From NCBI GenBank assembly GCA_963666345.1, contig OY762721.1, positions 3,904,001 to 3,968,000 of the forward strand: DNA of 64,000 nt. The letters run 5' to 3'. The notes beneath the pieces are model-generated. The model saw only the letters and a list, made by a program, of their open reading frames with translations. It ran no database searches and was not told the DNA's origin. Position numbers and translations under genes: made by a program. This DNA comes from Desulfatiglandales bacterium. GTDB lineage: Bacteria; Desulfobacterota; DSM-4660; Desulfatiglandales; Desulfatiglandaceae. Below, in pieces: positions 10,597 through 19,833 of this stretch; the stretch's first letter is position 1, and each line of letters starts with the position of its first letter.

Positions 10597-11757
10597 ATGG
10601 AATTTATGGGCTACAGGCGAGCTGATGGGCGCATTGGTACACGAAACTACGTGGGGATAATTTCGACCGTAGTTTGCGCTAATGAAGTTACCGATTCAAT
10701 ATCAAGGGCAGTTGCCGGAACTACTGCTTTTTTACACCAGCAGGGGTGCTGTCAGACACCGGTTGATATTCAAAGGGTAAATGACACCCTGACCAACCTT
10801 GGAAAAAATCCCAACTTGGCTTCTGTACTCCTGGTGAGCCTGGGTTGCGAGAGCACTGAGGTGACTGCGGTAGAGGAAGCAATAGCTGGGACAGGAAAGC
10901 GTGTTGAAACAGTAGTAATCCAGGATATAGGAGGCTCTGCAAGAACCTTAGCAGAAGGTTCGCTAATTGCACAGGACATGGTTCAGGAAGCGTCTAGCCT
11001 CAAGCGTGTAGCTTGCCCCTTGTCGGAACTCATGCTGGGACTCAAATGCGGGAGCTCGGATACTACATCCGGGCTTGCACCTAATCCTGCAATGGGAATT
11101 GCATCAGACATGATCGTGGAACAGGAGGGTACCTCTATACTAGGCGAGGTAACCGAATTCATAGGGGCTGAGCATATCCTTGCCGGACATGCTAGAGATG
11201 AAAAAATTGCAGGTCAGATTCTCTCTCTGGTGGAACGCATGGAGGCAAGGGCTAAATCCGTGGGAGCTGATATTAGGGGCGGTCAGCCGACTGGGGGAAA
11301 TATCAAGGGAGGGCTTACCACCATTGAGGAAAAATCCCTGGGTGCCATCGCCAAGGCAGGTAATGCTCCGATTCAGGCAGTGTATGAATACGGAGAAATA
11401 CCAAAGGTCAAGGGCCTAGTGGTTATGGATTCTCCGGGAAGGGAACCTGAAATTCTAACAGGCCTTGCGGCGGCCGGATGCACGGTAATTGCTTTTGCCA
11501 CAGGTCGGGGAGCACCTCAGGGATTTCCTTTCGTGCCTGTGATTAAAATAACGGGCAATCCCTTGACTTGGGAAAAACTTCGCGATCATATGGACCTGAA
11601 TGTAAGTGGTTTGATGGAAGGAAATAGTTCACTTCCGAAGGAAGGCGAGAAGATTTTCAATGAAATTCTTGCGGTTGCCTCTGGAAAACTCACCAAGGCT
11701 GAAATCTCCGGGTACACTAAGGCTATGGATATATACATGGTTGGACCGGTGATTTAA
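10597..11757 (+). CDS. UxaA-family (altronate/galactarate-type) dehydratase large subunit
   Basis: GYRRADGRIGTRN, HQQGC, SLGCE, KCGSSD, GNIKGGLTTIEEKSLGA. Confidence 0.92.
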   Translation: MEFMGYRRADGRIGTRNYVGIISTVVCANEVTDSISRAVAGTTAFLHQQGCCQTPVDIQRVNDTLTNLGKNPNLASVLLVSLGCESTEVTAVEEAIAGTGKRVETVVIQDIGGSARTLAEGSLIAQDMVQEASSLKRVACPLSELMLGLKCGSSDTTSGLAPNPAMGIASDMIVEQEGTSILGEVTEFIGAEHILAGHARDEKIAGQILSLVERMEARAKSVGADIRGGQPTGGNIKGGLTTIEEKSLGAIAKAGNAPIQAVYEYGEIPKVKGLVVMDSPGREPEILTGLAAAGCTVIAFATGRGAPQGFPFVPVIKITGNPLTWEKLRDHMDLNVSGLMEGNSSLPKEGEKIFNEILAVASGKLTKAEISGYTKAMDIYMVGPVI

Positions 11758-11907
11758 GAATCGTTTCAATCACTATCTAGCGACTTTTGAATTGTAAAAT
11801 ATTATGACCAGTATTTATTTACACATACACGTGAATTTTTTTAAGGGCGCATTCATATTGGTAGATAACAGCTGCGCCCCGGTTAACCTGTCAAAGTGGA
11901 GCGATCA

Positions 11908-13161
11908 ATGGCCTACCCGAGCATGATAATGCTTCGTCAACAGCTGGACAATACTGAGGTGGGTGATGTCCATGCCGCAGTTAAAGAAGAGCTGAAACGA
12001 ATTAATCTCCCCGCACGCATCACTCCTGACTCCAAGGTGGCTATCACCGCTGGTAGCCGCGGGATTACCGACATTGTTCCCGTGCTGGGTGCTATTGTTA
12101 GGGAGGTGAAAGAAATTGGGGCGCAGCCCTTCCTGGTGCCTGCGATGGGCTCCCACGGCGGTGCCACTGCAGAAGGCCAGCTGGAGATACTCAAAGACTA
12201 TGGCATTACCGAGCAAAGCGTGGGTGCATCCATAGTTTCTTCCATGGAAGTTCTTGCCATCGGGAAAACCGAAGACGGAATATCTGTTATGATAGACCGA
12301 AATGCCGCAGACGCTGACCACATAATAGTCGTAAACCGGATTAAGCCTCATACCGAGTTCCAGGGAAGTGTCGAGAGCGGCCTAATGAAAATGATGGTGA
12401 TTGGGCTTGGTAAGCACGAGGGAACAATCATTGCACACGACTATGCTGTCAAATATGGATATGAGCACACTATCCTCTCCATCGGCCAGTGCATCCTGGA
12501 CAACGCCCCCATAGCATGCGGTGTGGGAATAATAGAAAACGGCTATGGTAAAACCGCTCGAATTGCAGCAGTCTCGCCCGAGGTTTTTGCTGATAGCGAA
12601 AGAGCCCTCTTGACAGAAGCAATTAAAAAAACTCCCAAACTGCCCTTCAATAAAATAGATGTTCTCATAGTTGATGAATGCGGAAAAGAAATCAGCGGGA
12701 CCGGTATGGACACCAAGGTTGTGGGCCGTATAATGAATATCTATGAACTGGAGGTTGATAAACCTTCAATAACACGTATCATTTTGAGGGATTTAACTCA
12801 AAAGACTCATGGGAACGCTTTGGGTATGGGGCTTGCTGATTTTATAACAAGAAGGGCTGCTGACAAAGTTGATTTCCGTTCGACCTATGTTAACTGCGTC
12901 ACTGCCGTGACCCCGGAAAAGGGACGTCTACCAATAGTATGTGAGACAGACCGTGATGCAATTGACTTTGCTATCGCAACTGCAGGCCCGGTTGACGCCA
13001 AGAGCCTTAGGCTTGTCTGGATCAAGAATACCTCCAAACTGGGAGAGATGTTTGTTTCAGAGGCCCTTATGGCTGTTGGCAAGAAAATGAGAGGGATTAC
13101 CCTGTACGGAGAACCGTGCACCATGGACTTCGATGATGAAGGAAATCTCAAGAGGCCCTGA
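11908..13161 (+). CDS. Lactate racemase (LarA N-terminal / DUF2088)-like protein
   Basis: AITAGSRGI, PAMGSHGGAT, NRIKPHT, ESGLMKM, GKEISGTGMD motifs. Confidence 0.8.
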   Translation: MAYPSMIMLRQQLDNTEVGDVHAAVKEELKRINLPARITPDSKVAITAGSRGITDIVPVLGAIVREVKEIGAQPFLVPAMGSHGGATAEGQLEILKDYGITEQSVGASIVSSMEVLAIGKTEDGISVMIDRNAADADHIIVVNRIKPHTEFQGSVESGLMKMMVIGLGKHEGTIIAHDYAVKYGYEHTILSIGQCILDNAPIACGVGIIENGYGKTARIAAVSPEVFADSERALLTEAIKKTPKLPFNKIDVLIVDECGKEISGTGMDTKVVGRIMNIYELEVDKPSITRIILRDLTQKTHGNALGMGLADFITRRAADKVDFRSTYVNCVTAVTPEKGRLPIVCETDRDAIDFAIATAGPVDAKSLRLVWIKNTSKLGEMFVSEALMAVGKKMRGITLYGEPCTMDFDDEGNLKRP

Positions 13162-13399
13162 TCGATCAATGCTTTCGCATTATGGAGATTGCTTTTTATC
13201 TCGAACGCGGATGGATAGCAGGACCAATCCTCCGATTCATGGAGTCATCTCACAAACCCTCGTCAAGTTGGTGGTATCCAGCATTGATGAAGTCCCTTAG
13301 TGAAAGAGAGACATTCCCCACGTCCATCCCGGAGATTTCTAAAAGACAATTTGTGGTGGTATTCATTTTTTTCTTAAAGCCATAGCATCCTCCATCGGT

Positions 13400-13906
13400 T
13401 TAGTTTAGCTGGCATTTCTGAGGCATCGCCCTTGTTGATTTATTTACCAATTTGACCACCTTGTCGTTACCCATGGGGAGAGCCTCGACCTCTGTGGCCT
13501 TTTTCTTGAGAAGTTTATATTCCCTCTCAAATTCCCGCTGTATAAAGGGGACCTCCTTTTCCGTAATCAAGCTCAACCTGTGGGGACCTAACACATTGTA
13601 GACCCTAGTTGCGATAGGGTCTTCAAGTTGCTCTATCCGTTTAGATCCTGTCAGCACATCTTGGAATTTCATCCATGCGGTAAGGGCTTGATCATCGTTT
13701 GATTCCAAGAAATCCATTAAGTCAGGAAGCAGGTCTTTATAAAACCGCCCCTTTCGGATTACCGATCCAAACGCTGCCGAGCAGGCTTGATCATCATAAG
13801 GTGATAGGGAATTCCAAATAAGTTTTGCCATTATTTGAGATACCTCAACTTGATATTTTTCTGAAACCAATGTGATAAATTGCTTGAACATCTTTTGATC
13901 TTTCAT
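13400..13906 (-). CDS. Phage hypothetical protein coupled to the replication initiator (possible loader/accessory)
   Basis: ATGA overlap with the upstream initiator gene; position typical of phage replication modules. Confidence 0.6.
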   Translation of the reverse strand: MKDQKMFKQFITLVSEKYQVEVSQIMAKLIWNSLSPYDDQACSAAFGSVIRKGRFYKDLLPDLMDFLESNDDQALTAWMKFQDVLTGSKRIEQLEDPIATRVYNVLGPHRLSLITEKEVPFIQREFEREYKLLKKKATEVEALPMGNDKVVKLVNKSTRAMPQKCQLN

Positions 13907-14748
13907 GATAGCTCCAATCCCTTGAGGTTATTTATTGTGTCCACGGTCTTGTTTGAGAAGATACTCCGTGGCTTAACTGCATCGAACCACCGGCCTTGAT
14001 TAATGTATGTCGATGGATTTGGGATGTATCTCCCGTTTTCCTTGGTCCAGTCATAGCTCTCTTTTTGAGCTTCAAGTTTATCGAGAATATCCTGAAGAGA
14101 GGGCATCCTATTTTTCTTCTTAGGAACGCACCAACATTTGTATGCATATTCCTTCCCAACTTTTTTGGGATAGGCCTCCCAGAAAGTTTCAAAATCTTTC
14201 GAGTAAAAAGTCTGGGGGTTTGGGGGTGTAGTAGTTATATCAGTATTAGTATTAGTATCTTTAGTAGTGGCACGCCCCCTGTCCCCCTTCTGTCCTCGAT
14301 CTGTCCTTACCATGTCCTTTCTCTCTTCTAATCCATTGATATCATTAAAATTCGCCTGCCCCTGATCTGCCCCTGATCTGTCCAATATCTGTCCAATATC
14401 TGTCCTTTTTTCTTCAGCCTCATTTTTCCATGATAAATCCTTGTTATCAATAAGCTTTGGCTGAGCTTTGCAGCTTGAACTTGGTAGGATCGAGAGCGTT
14501 CCTTTCTGATTTTGCTTATAGCGTGATTCATCGGGATAGGTGATTTCTACGTTGATGCGGTTGAGAAAATTCCGCGCTTTATTCCTGGACCATCTCCAGC
14601 ATTTTGCCAACCCGGCTATTGTGACATTGTTGTCAGCATCAAAATCAAGCTGGAGAGAATACATAGCTTCCAACTCTGTATATCCCCGATCAAGAGGTAA
14701 TGAGCTCCGCAGGGCTTTAGATATCGGCACCCAATTCCCCGATCTCAT
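13903..14748 (-). CDS. Phage replication initiator / replisome organizer-like protein
   Basis: N-terminal HTH-like LAKCWRWSRNKARNFL, low-complexity linker carrying iterons, FETFWEAYPKKVGK and YIPNPSTYINQGRW motifs; ATG 14748 overlaps the stop of the upstream small ORF. Confidence 0.8.
   Translation of the reverse strand: MRSGNWVPISKALRSSLPLDRGYTELEAMYSLQLDFDADNNVTIAGLAKCWRWSRNKARNFLNRINVEITYPDESRYKQNQKGTLSILPSSSCKAQPKLIDNKDLSWKNEAEEKRTDIGQILDRSGADQGQANFNDINGLEERKDMVRTDRGQKGDRGRATTKDTNTNTDITTTPPNPQTFYSKDFETFWEAYPKKVGKEYAYKCWCVPKKKNRMPSLQDILDKLEAQKESYDWTKENGRYIPNPSTYINQGRWFDAVKPRSIFSNKTVDTINNLKGLELS
14279..14405. repeat. Two blocks of 11-bp-period iterons (putative phage origin)
   Basis: 14356-14405: CTGCCCCTGAT x2, CTGTCCAATAT x2, CTGTCC. 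14279-14317: CTGTCCCCCTT, CTGTCCTCGAT, CTGTCCTTACC, ATGTCC. AT-rich tract at about 14229-14267. Confidence 0.75.
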
Positions 14749-14921
14749 TCCGCCCTCCACCAATCTGGAGAATTGCGATGGCTTTCCTCTCTCCTTACAT
14801 CTTTTGCTTCCAGGCACCGCTCGCAAAAAAAGCGGTCGATACGATAGAAAAGGTAATGGTAGGGTCCATCTGCCCTCATTCCATAGGCAGTCTCGATGTG
14901 AATAAATTTATGGTCAGCCAT
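14745..14921 (-). CDS. Small phage-like protein with CxxC (58 aa, below the ORF-track cutoff)
   Basis: Manual translation MADHKFIHIETAYG...RIDRFFCERCLE...PDWWRAE*; AAGGAGG RBS; ATGA coupling to the initiator gene. Confidence 0.7.
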   Translation of the reverse strand: MADHKFIHIETAYGMRADGPYHYLFYRIDRFFCERCLEAKDVRREESHRNSPDWWRAE

Positions 14922-15061
14922 TGGTCCCCTCCTTGTGGAAGGAACCAGACTTCCCTGAAAATTCTTCTTTATGATATTGAGATTGATTTACGGTGTGATG
15001 TTGGGGGGCAAGACTACAACCCCCTTGGGGTTTGAATTTCTGCATAATTTATGCTCCTATA

Positions 15062-15317
15062 GCGTAGCGGTTGCGTAGCGCTTTATCTACGCGGCACCCG
15101 TCGGCACCCGTTTAGTGACGTTCTTACGCTAAATCTGGATAAATGTTGCTTAATATCAGATACTTACAAGGGGGTTCCTTGGCCTGCTAAGCGAGTGTGG
15201 GGAGAAATCTCCACCGAGGGTTCGAATCCCTCTCTCTCCGCCACTTCAATAACTTAGCACCTCTTTTATCACCTACCTTATCATTCACTCAGCTTATTTA
15301 TCGTAGTAGATCGTAGT
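15062..15317. mobile_element. Integrase attachment region (core = tRNA-Ser 3' half; arm-type and IHF-like sites on both sides)
   Basis: GCGTAGCG x2 (15062, 15073), inverted CTACGC (15087), CGGCACCCGT x2 (15092-15111), ATCGTAGT x2 (15300, 15310); IHF-like TATCAGATACTTA and CTTCAATAACTTA flank the core. Confidence 0.7.
15182..15243 (+). tRNA. 3' fragment of tRNA-Ser(GCT), not a complete gene
   Basis: Anticodon loop CTGCTAA, long variable arm GTGGGGA-GAAA-TCTCCAC, T arm GAGGG-TTCGAAT-CCCTC, TCTCTCCGCCA end; 5' acceptor strand and D arm absent. Confidence 0.9.
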
Positions 15318-15419
15318 GTTTTTTTCAGAAAGTGAATCTATGGTGCTATGAAATTCCCATTGCTGTTTATAGACTCCTGCCACAAAGTTCTTATTTCCAT
15401 GCACCTACTCCCTGATTAG

Positions 15420-15487
15420 TGCAAATATGACATCCCTTTATTTGCAGAAAGGCACTTTTGTGCAAATATGCATTTTTATTATTTGCA
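15420..15487. promoter_or_regulatory. Twin palindromic operators TGCAAATA-N11-TATTTGCA
   Basis: Copies at 15420-15446 and 15461-15487 with identical arms and different 11-bp spacers. Confidence 0.7.
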
Positions 15488-15670
15488 CTTGCAAAGTGAA
15501 ATTATCCACTTTTGACCGTATCTCTCTCATCCCCCTGTTAAAATGTCTTAAAATTTTGTGAATCGGCATGCAAAAATGACCCACCTATAGGGCGAATCGG
15601 CGTCCAAAATTGACCCACCCCTGAAAGCCTTCTATTCTGCTGTGACTATGGTAGAAGGAGGCGGAAAGGG

Positions 15671-17188
15671 ATGCTCACAGTGGAAACAATCCGTAAGATA
15701 CGATTAGCTGTTCTCAGAGATGGCAAATCCATACGTCAGACAGCGAAGGATCTGCGCCTTAGCAAAAATACAGTAAAAAAGGCGATAAGGAGCGGAGAAA
15801 CATCTTTTCAGTACGAACGAAGCAACCAGCCGAGACCCAAGCTAGGACCGTTTATAGACATGCTGAAAGGCTTTCTGGAAGAAGATGAGAAACTGCCCAG
15901 AAAACTGCGCAGGACAGCCCAGATACTTTTTGAAGAGCTGCAACTCAACGGCTACGAAGGTGGCTATGACAGCGTAAGGAGATATGTTCAAAGATGGCAC
16001 CAGGATCAAAGGAGCTTGCCAAAGGAGGTATTTATACCTTTGGTATTTGATCCTGCAGAAGCCTTTCAGTTTGACTGGAGTCATGAGTGGGTAGATCTGG
16101 ACGGAAGCAGAGTAAAGGCAAAGGTCGCACATATAAGGTTATGTCACAGCCGCTACTTCCTTTGTATTGCCTACCCCAGAGAGACCCAGGAGATGGTGTT
16201 TGATGCCCATATCAGGGCCTTTGAGTTTTTTGGAGGAGTTTGCCGTAAAGGCATATATGACAATCTCAAAACAGTGGTTAACAAGATCCTGGGAGGAAGG
16301 GAAAGACAGTTCAACAGCCGCTTCAGCCAACTGTGTTCCCATTATTTATTTGAACCGGTAAGCTGCACCCCTGCTGCAGGCTGGGAAAAGGGTCAGGTGG
16401 AAAACCAGGTAGGTGTGGTCAGAAGGAGATTTTTCACTCCCCGAATCAAGGCCAGGGATTTCACACACCTAAACGAGCTGCTTAGAGAACAATGCATCAC
16501 CTGGGCAAAGACCCGTAAGCATCCAACAATATCTGATAAGACGGTTTGGCAGGTCTACAGTGAAGAGAGACCCTATCTGATAAATCTACCACCTCCCTTT
16601 GATGGATATGCACAACGTCCAGCCAGGGTTACCCCCAGCTCACTTGTAACCTATGACCGGAACCGATACAGCGTTAATTGCAGCCAGGTGGGTAAAGCGG
16701 TCTATATGAGAGTATATGCCGATCGGATAGTGATAGTAAATAACGGTTGTATCGTAGGAGAGCATGATAGGCATTTTGGAAAGAACAAGACTATTTTTAA
16801 TCCCTGGCATTATGTCCCGGTCCTTGAACGTAAGCCCGGGGCTCTCCGTAATGGAGCACCCTTTAAAGACTGGCAACTTCCTCATCCTGTGCAAGGCGTC
16901 CTTAATGGGCTTCAAAACCGTTTTTCCGACTGGGACCGTCAGTTTGTGGCCATTCTAAATGCTGTCCCTTTCTACGGACTTGAGGCTGTAAGTAAAGCCT
17001 GTAAGGAGGCCCTAGAGATCAGGGCCGTAAGTAAAGAGGTGGTTCTCAATCTTTTAAACAGGGATCAGGATCAGGATTGCACGCCTGATTTGGGTATCCC
17101 CTCCCATCTGATTCTCAAGCAAGAGCCCATAGCAGACTGCCACCGCTATGAACGTTTGGTAAGGGAGGGATACCATGCTGCGCAATGA
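15671..17188 (+). CDS. istA: IS21 transposase
   Basis: N-terminal HTH; DDE motifs [19 protein letters not shown]. Confidence 0.95.
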   Translation: MLTVETIRKIRLAVLRDGKSIRQTAKDLRLSKNTVKKAIRSGETSFQYERSNQPRPKLGPFIDMLKGFLEEDEKLPRKLRRTAQILFEELQLNGYEGGYDSVRRYVQRWHQDQRSLPKEVFIPLVFDPAEAFQFDWSHEWVDLDGSRVKAKVAHIRLCHSRYFLCIAYPRETQEMVFDAHIRAFEFFGGVCRKGIYDNLKTVVNKILGGRERQFNSRFSQLCSHYLFEPVSCTPAAGWEKGQVENQVGVVRRRFFTPRIKARDFTHLNELLREQCITWAKTRKHPTISDKTVWQVYSEERPYLINLPPPFDGYAQRPARVTPSSLVTYDRNRYSVNCSQVGKAVYMRVYADRIVIVNNGCIVGEHDRHFGKNKTIFNPWHYVPVLERKPGALRNGAPFKDWQLPHPVQGVLNGLQNRFSDWDRQFVAILNAVPFYGLEAVSKACKEALEIRAVSKEVVLNLLNRDQDQDCTPDLGIPSHLILKQEPIADCHRYERLVREGYHAAQ

Positions 17189-17906
17189 TATCATGGACCA
17201 TATGGAAAAACTAAAGTTGCGGGGTATGCAGTCCATTTATGATGAAGTTGTCTCCAATGGACGCAAGAGCCATTCAACGCCTGAAAAGGTAATCCTGGAA
17301 CTGCTCAAGGCTGAAGCTGCCGAAAGATATATAAGGAGTATCCGATATCGTATGGGACAGGCCAGGTTTCCTGTCCTTAAAGATATCGATGGCTTTGATT
17401 TTAACGGGGCCTGTGTTGATGAAGCCCAGATTAGGTCTATTTATCAGGGTGATTTTATAGCCGAACATATCAACCTGATTTTTGTAGGTGGCACCGGTAC
17501 GGGCAAAACCCATTTAGCCATAACTATAGCGGCCCAGGCCATAAGGAATGGCAGGAAGTGCAAGTTTTATAACCTGGTGGATCTGGCAAATGAGCTTGAG
17601 CAGGAAAAAATGATTGGATTGGCCGGCAAAATCACAGCAAGACTACTTCGATTTGATCTTGTGGTCCTCGATGAACTGGGTTATCTGCCTTTTTCCAAAA
17701 ACGGCAGTCAACTGCTCTTTCATCTTATATCAAAACTCTACGAACAGACATCCATAGTGATTACCACCAACTTGACCTTCGGTGAATGGCCCCAAGTCTT
17801 TGGAGATAAAAAGATGACTACGGCCATGCTTGATCGATTGACTCATCATTGTGAAATTATAGAAACAGGTAACGAAAGCTGGAGAATGAAACACGCAGCT
17901 TCATAG
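17175..17906 (+). CDS. istB: IS21 helper ATPase
   Basis: GGTGTGKTH Walker A, LDELGY Walker B, DRLTHH. Confidence 0.95.
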   Translation: MLRNDIMDHMEKLKLRGMQSIYDEVVSNGRKSHSTPEKVILELLKAEAAERYIRSIRYRMGQARFPVLKDIDGFDFNGACVDEAQIRSIYQGDFIAEHINLIFVGGTGTGKTHLAITIAAQAIRNGRKCKFYNLVDLANELEQEKMIGLAGKITARLLRFDLVVLDELGYLPFSKNGSQLLFHLISKLYEQTSIVITTNLTFGEWPQVFGDKKMTTAMLDRLTHHCEIIETGNESWRMKHAAS

Positions 17907-18009
17907 ATAAAGAAGGGATCAACTACTCAACTATTTAACCATATTTTTTTCTCAGGGGTGGGTCAATTTTGGACGCCGATGATGGGTCAATTTTCAACGC
18001 CTATTGACA

Positions 18010-18201
18010 CACTTACTCGGGAAAGAAGATTTGTTACGGCTCGATCCCAAAGTGCCGGACGGCCTGTTCGCTCTTGATCGAATGAAAGAAGAAGAACTGC
18101 TCAGCAAAGCAGCCCATGAAAGCCGGCCTATCGCACCTTTGTTCAAACAAGGATTTACCAGACATATAGCTGAAAAATTTAAACCTTTTCACCTTGTATA
18201 A
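18010..18201 (+). pseudogene. C-terminal remnant of a CBASS patatin-like phospholipase effector
   Basis: Open frame starts exactly at the IS end (HLLG...LRLDPKVPDGLFALD...KAAHESR...FKPFH*), resembles the tail of CBASS patatins, ends 14 bp before the CD-NTase; GxSxG region absent. Confidence 0.65.
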
Positions 18202-18215
18202 AAGGAGGTCCCTCA

Positions 18216-19424
18216 ATGCTTGATCAGGAAAGAAAAAATCAATTCGGCAGGATACTTGGCTACATTGCGGATTCACTTGATATTTCAGAAGCATGTTTTG
18301 AGGAGGCAGAGGAGAGATATCAGGCTGTTGGTAAATGGCTGGAGCGGGACGGATCCATCGTCGAAAAATATAATCCTGCCATCTATACCCAGGGCTCTTT
18401 TCGACTTGGTACGGTTATTAAGCCTATTACAGACGAGGAAAAATACGACATTGATCTCGTCTGCGAATTGAATCTTACTAAAAAACAGGTCAGTCAGAAA
18501 TTATTAAAGGACCTGGTAGGCATTGAAATCAAAGCCTATGCCCGTGCCAACAACATGAAGCATCCGGCCGAAGAAGCAAGAAGATGCTGGACCCTGAATT
18601 ATGCTGATGGGACTCAATTCCACATGGATATCCTTCCCTGCATTCCTGACAGCGCGGCCTTTAAATTGATACTCGAATCTCGGGGCGTTCCCCGCAGCAT
18701 ATCCGACCATGCAATTGCCATTACAGATAATACCCTGCCAAATTATGACTACCTTGATAAAAATTGGCTGAGAAGCAACCCAAAAGGTTACGCTGAATGG
18801 TTTAAAGAGCGCATGAAAATCCAGTTTGAAGCCAGGCGGATGATTGTGGCTAAATCAATCAGCGCCAAAGCTGAAGATGTTCCTGATTATAAAGTTAAAA
18901 CAACACTGCAGAGGGCTGTCCAGATCCTTAAGCGGCATCGTGACATAATGTTTGAAAAGACACCGGATGATAAGCCGATCTCCATGATTATCACAACACT
19001 TGCGGCCCACACATATAATAATGAGGCCGATCTTTTTGATGCGCTTTCTTCGATTATTGATGGTATGCCCAATTACATATTAGAGAAAGGTGGAAATGCA
19101 TGGATTCCCAATCCGGTGAACCCCGACGAAAATTTTGCGGATAAATGGAAGGAAGATCCCAAAAAGGAATTAAATTTTAGAAGATGGCTTGACCGGGTAG
19201 AAAAAGATCTGGTATCCGCATTCAATAAAATAGGGATTCATAGGGTGGCGGATAGATTAAAGCCGGTATTCGGAGATCGAACAGTAAATGAAGCAATGAA
19301 AAGAATGGGTCATGATTTTCGATCAAAACGCGAATCAGGTCTACTCAGTATGGCAGCGGGGACGGGGATTCTTGGTAATATGGGCGCCACATCAGTCAGG
19401 GACCACACATTCTATGGCAAGTAA
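18216..19424 (+). CDS. CBASS cGAS/DncV-like nucleotidyltransferase (CD-NTase)
   Basis: QGSFRLGT..KP...YDIDL, FHMDILP, SNPKGY, LKRHRD, PNPVNPDENFADKW; C-terminus HTFYGK. Confidence 0.93.
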   Translation: MLDQERKNQFGRILGYIADSLDISEACFEEAEERYQAVGKWLERDGSIVEKYNPAIYTQGSFRLGTVIKPITDEEKYDIDLVCELNLTKKQVSQKLLKDLVGIEIKAYARANNMKHPAEEARRCWTLNYADGTQFHMDILPCIPDSAAFKLILESRGVPRSISDHAIAITDNTLPNYDYLDKNWLRSNPKGYAEWFKERMKIQFEARRMIVAKSISAKAEDVPDYKVKTTLQRAVQILKRHRDIMFEKTPDDKPISMIITTLAAHTYNNEADLFDALSSIIDGMPNYILEKGGNAWIPNPVNPDENFADKWKEDPKKELNFRRWLDRVEKDLVSAFNKIGIHRVADRLKPVFGDRTVNEAMKRMGHDFRSKRESGLLSMAAGTGILGNMGATSVRDHTFYGK

Positions 19425-19833
19425 GATCGGGAATAAAAAAATCAACCTTGCCGTTCAGTTACATCACCTGAAAAGGTTATTTCCCCGGTCACATGTCCGG
19501 ATTCAACGTAATTGCCTGGTTTGGCATGGTGATTTGATGCCAACGGTACTTAGTCAAGCATACACAGTCAGATTGAGCTATAAGCTTGCCAAGTCCCCTC
19601 AAGTTAATGTCCTGAAGCCTGAATTAATTATTCCTGAAGGCAAAAGGCTCCCTCATACCTACCCTGGAAAGAGTCTTTGTCTATATTATCCAGGAATAGA
19701 TGATTGGCGCGGGGATATGCTTCTTGCTGAAACAGTCATTCCCTGGATTTCAGAATGGCTTTATTTTTATGAAATCTGGCTTGTCACCGGCGAATGGTAT
19801 GGTGGAGGTATACATCCCAAAAAGCAGTTTTGA
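19414..19833 (+). CDS. Stand-alone prokaryotic E2 (short type II CBASS ancillary protein)
   Basis: LPHTY...LCLYYP (catalytic Cys), IPWISEWLYFYEIWLVTGEWYGGGIHP; ATG overlaps the CD-NTase end. Confidence 0.85.
   Translation: MASKIGNKKINLAVQLHHLKRLFPRSHVRIQRNCLVWHGDLMPTVLSQAYTVRLSYKLAKSPQVNVLKPELIIPEGKRLPHTYPGKSLCLYYPGIDDWRGDMLLAETVIPWISEWLYFYEIWLVTGEWYGGGIHPKKQF

Larger units (their letters stand above)
15557..18009 (+). mobile_element. IS21-family insertion sequence
   Basis: TG...CA ends; imperfect 27-bp terminal inverted repeats; perfect internal 29-bp inverted repeat (15596-15624 / 17952-17980); istA and istB; no target-site duplication. Confidence 0.95.

Noticed and set aside
10287..11757. 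Sulfolactate sulfo-lyase SuyAB (sulfonate desulfonation route)
   Set aside because: Split architecture fits, but the large subunit has STVVCAN and HQQGC (altronate/galactarate type) rather than the PVDDISN and HAYGRLQ motifs I recall for SuyB
14279..14405. CRISPR array
   Set aside because: 11-bp tandem units without spacers; no cas genes; no repeat-spacer array seen anywhere in the window
15150..15243. Intact tRNA-Ser gene
   Set aside because: No 5' acceptor strand or D arm; anticodon stem is mismatched
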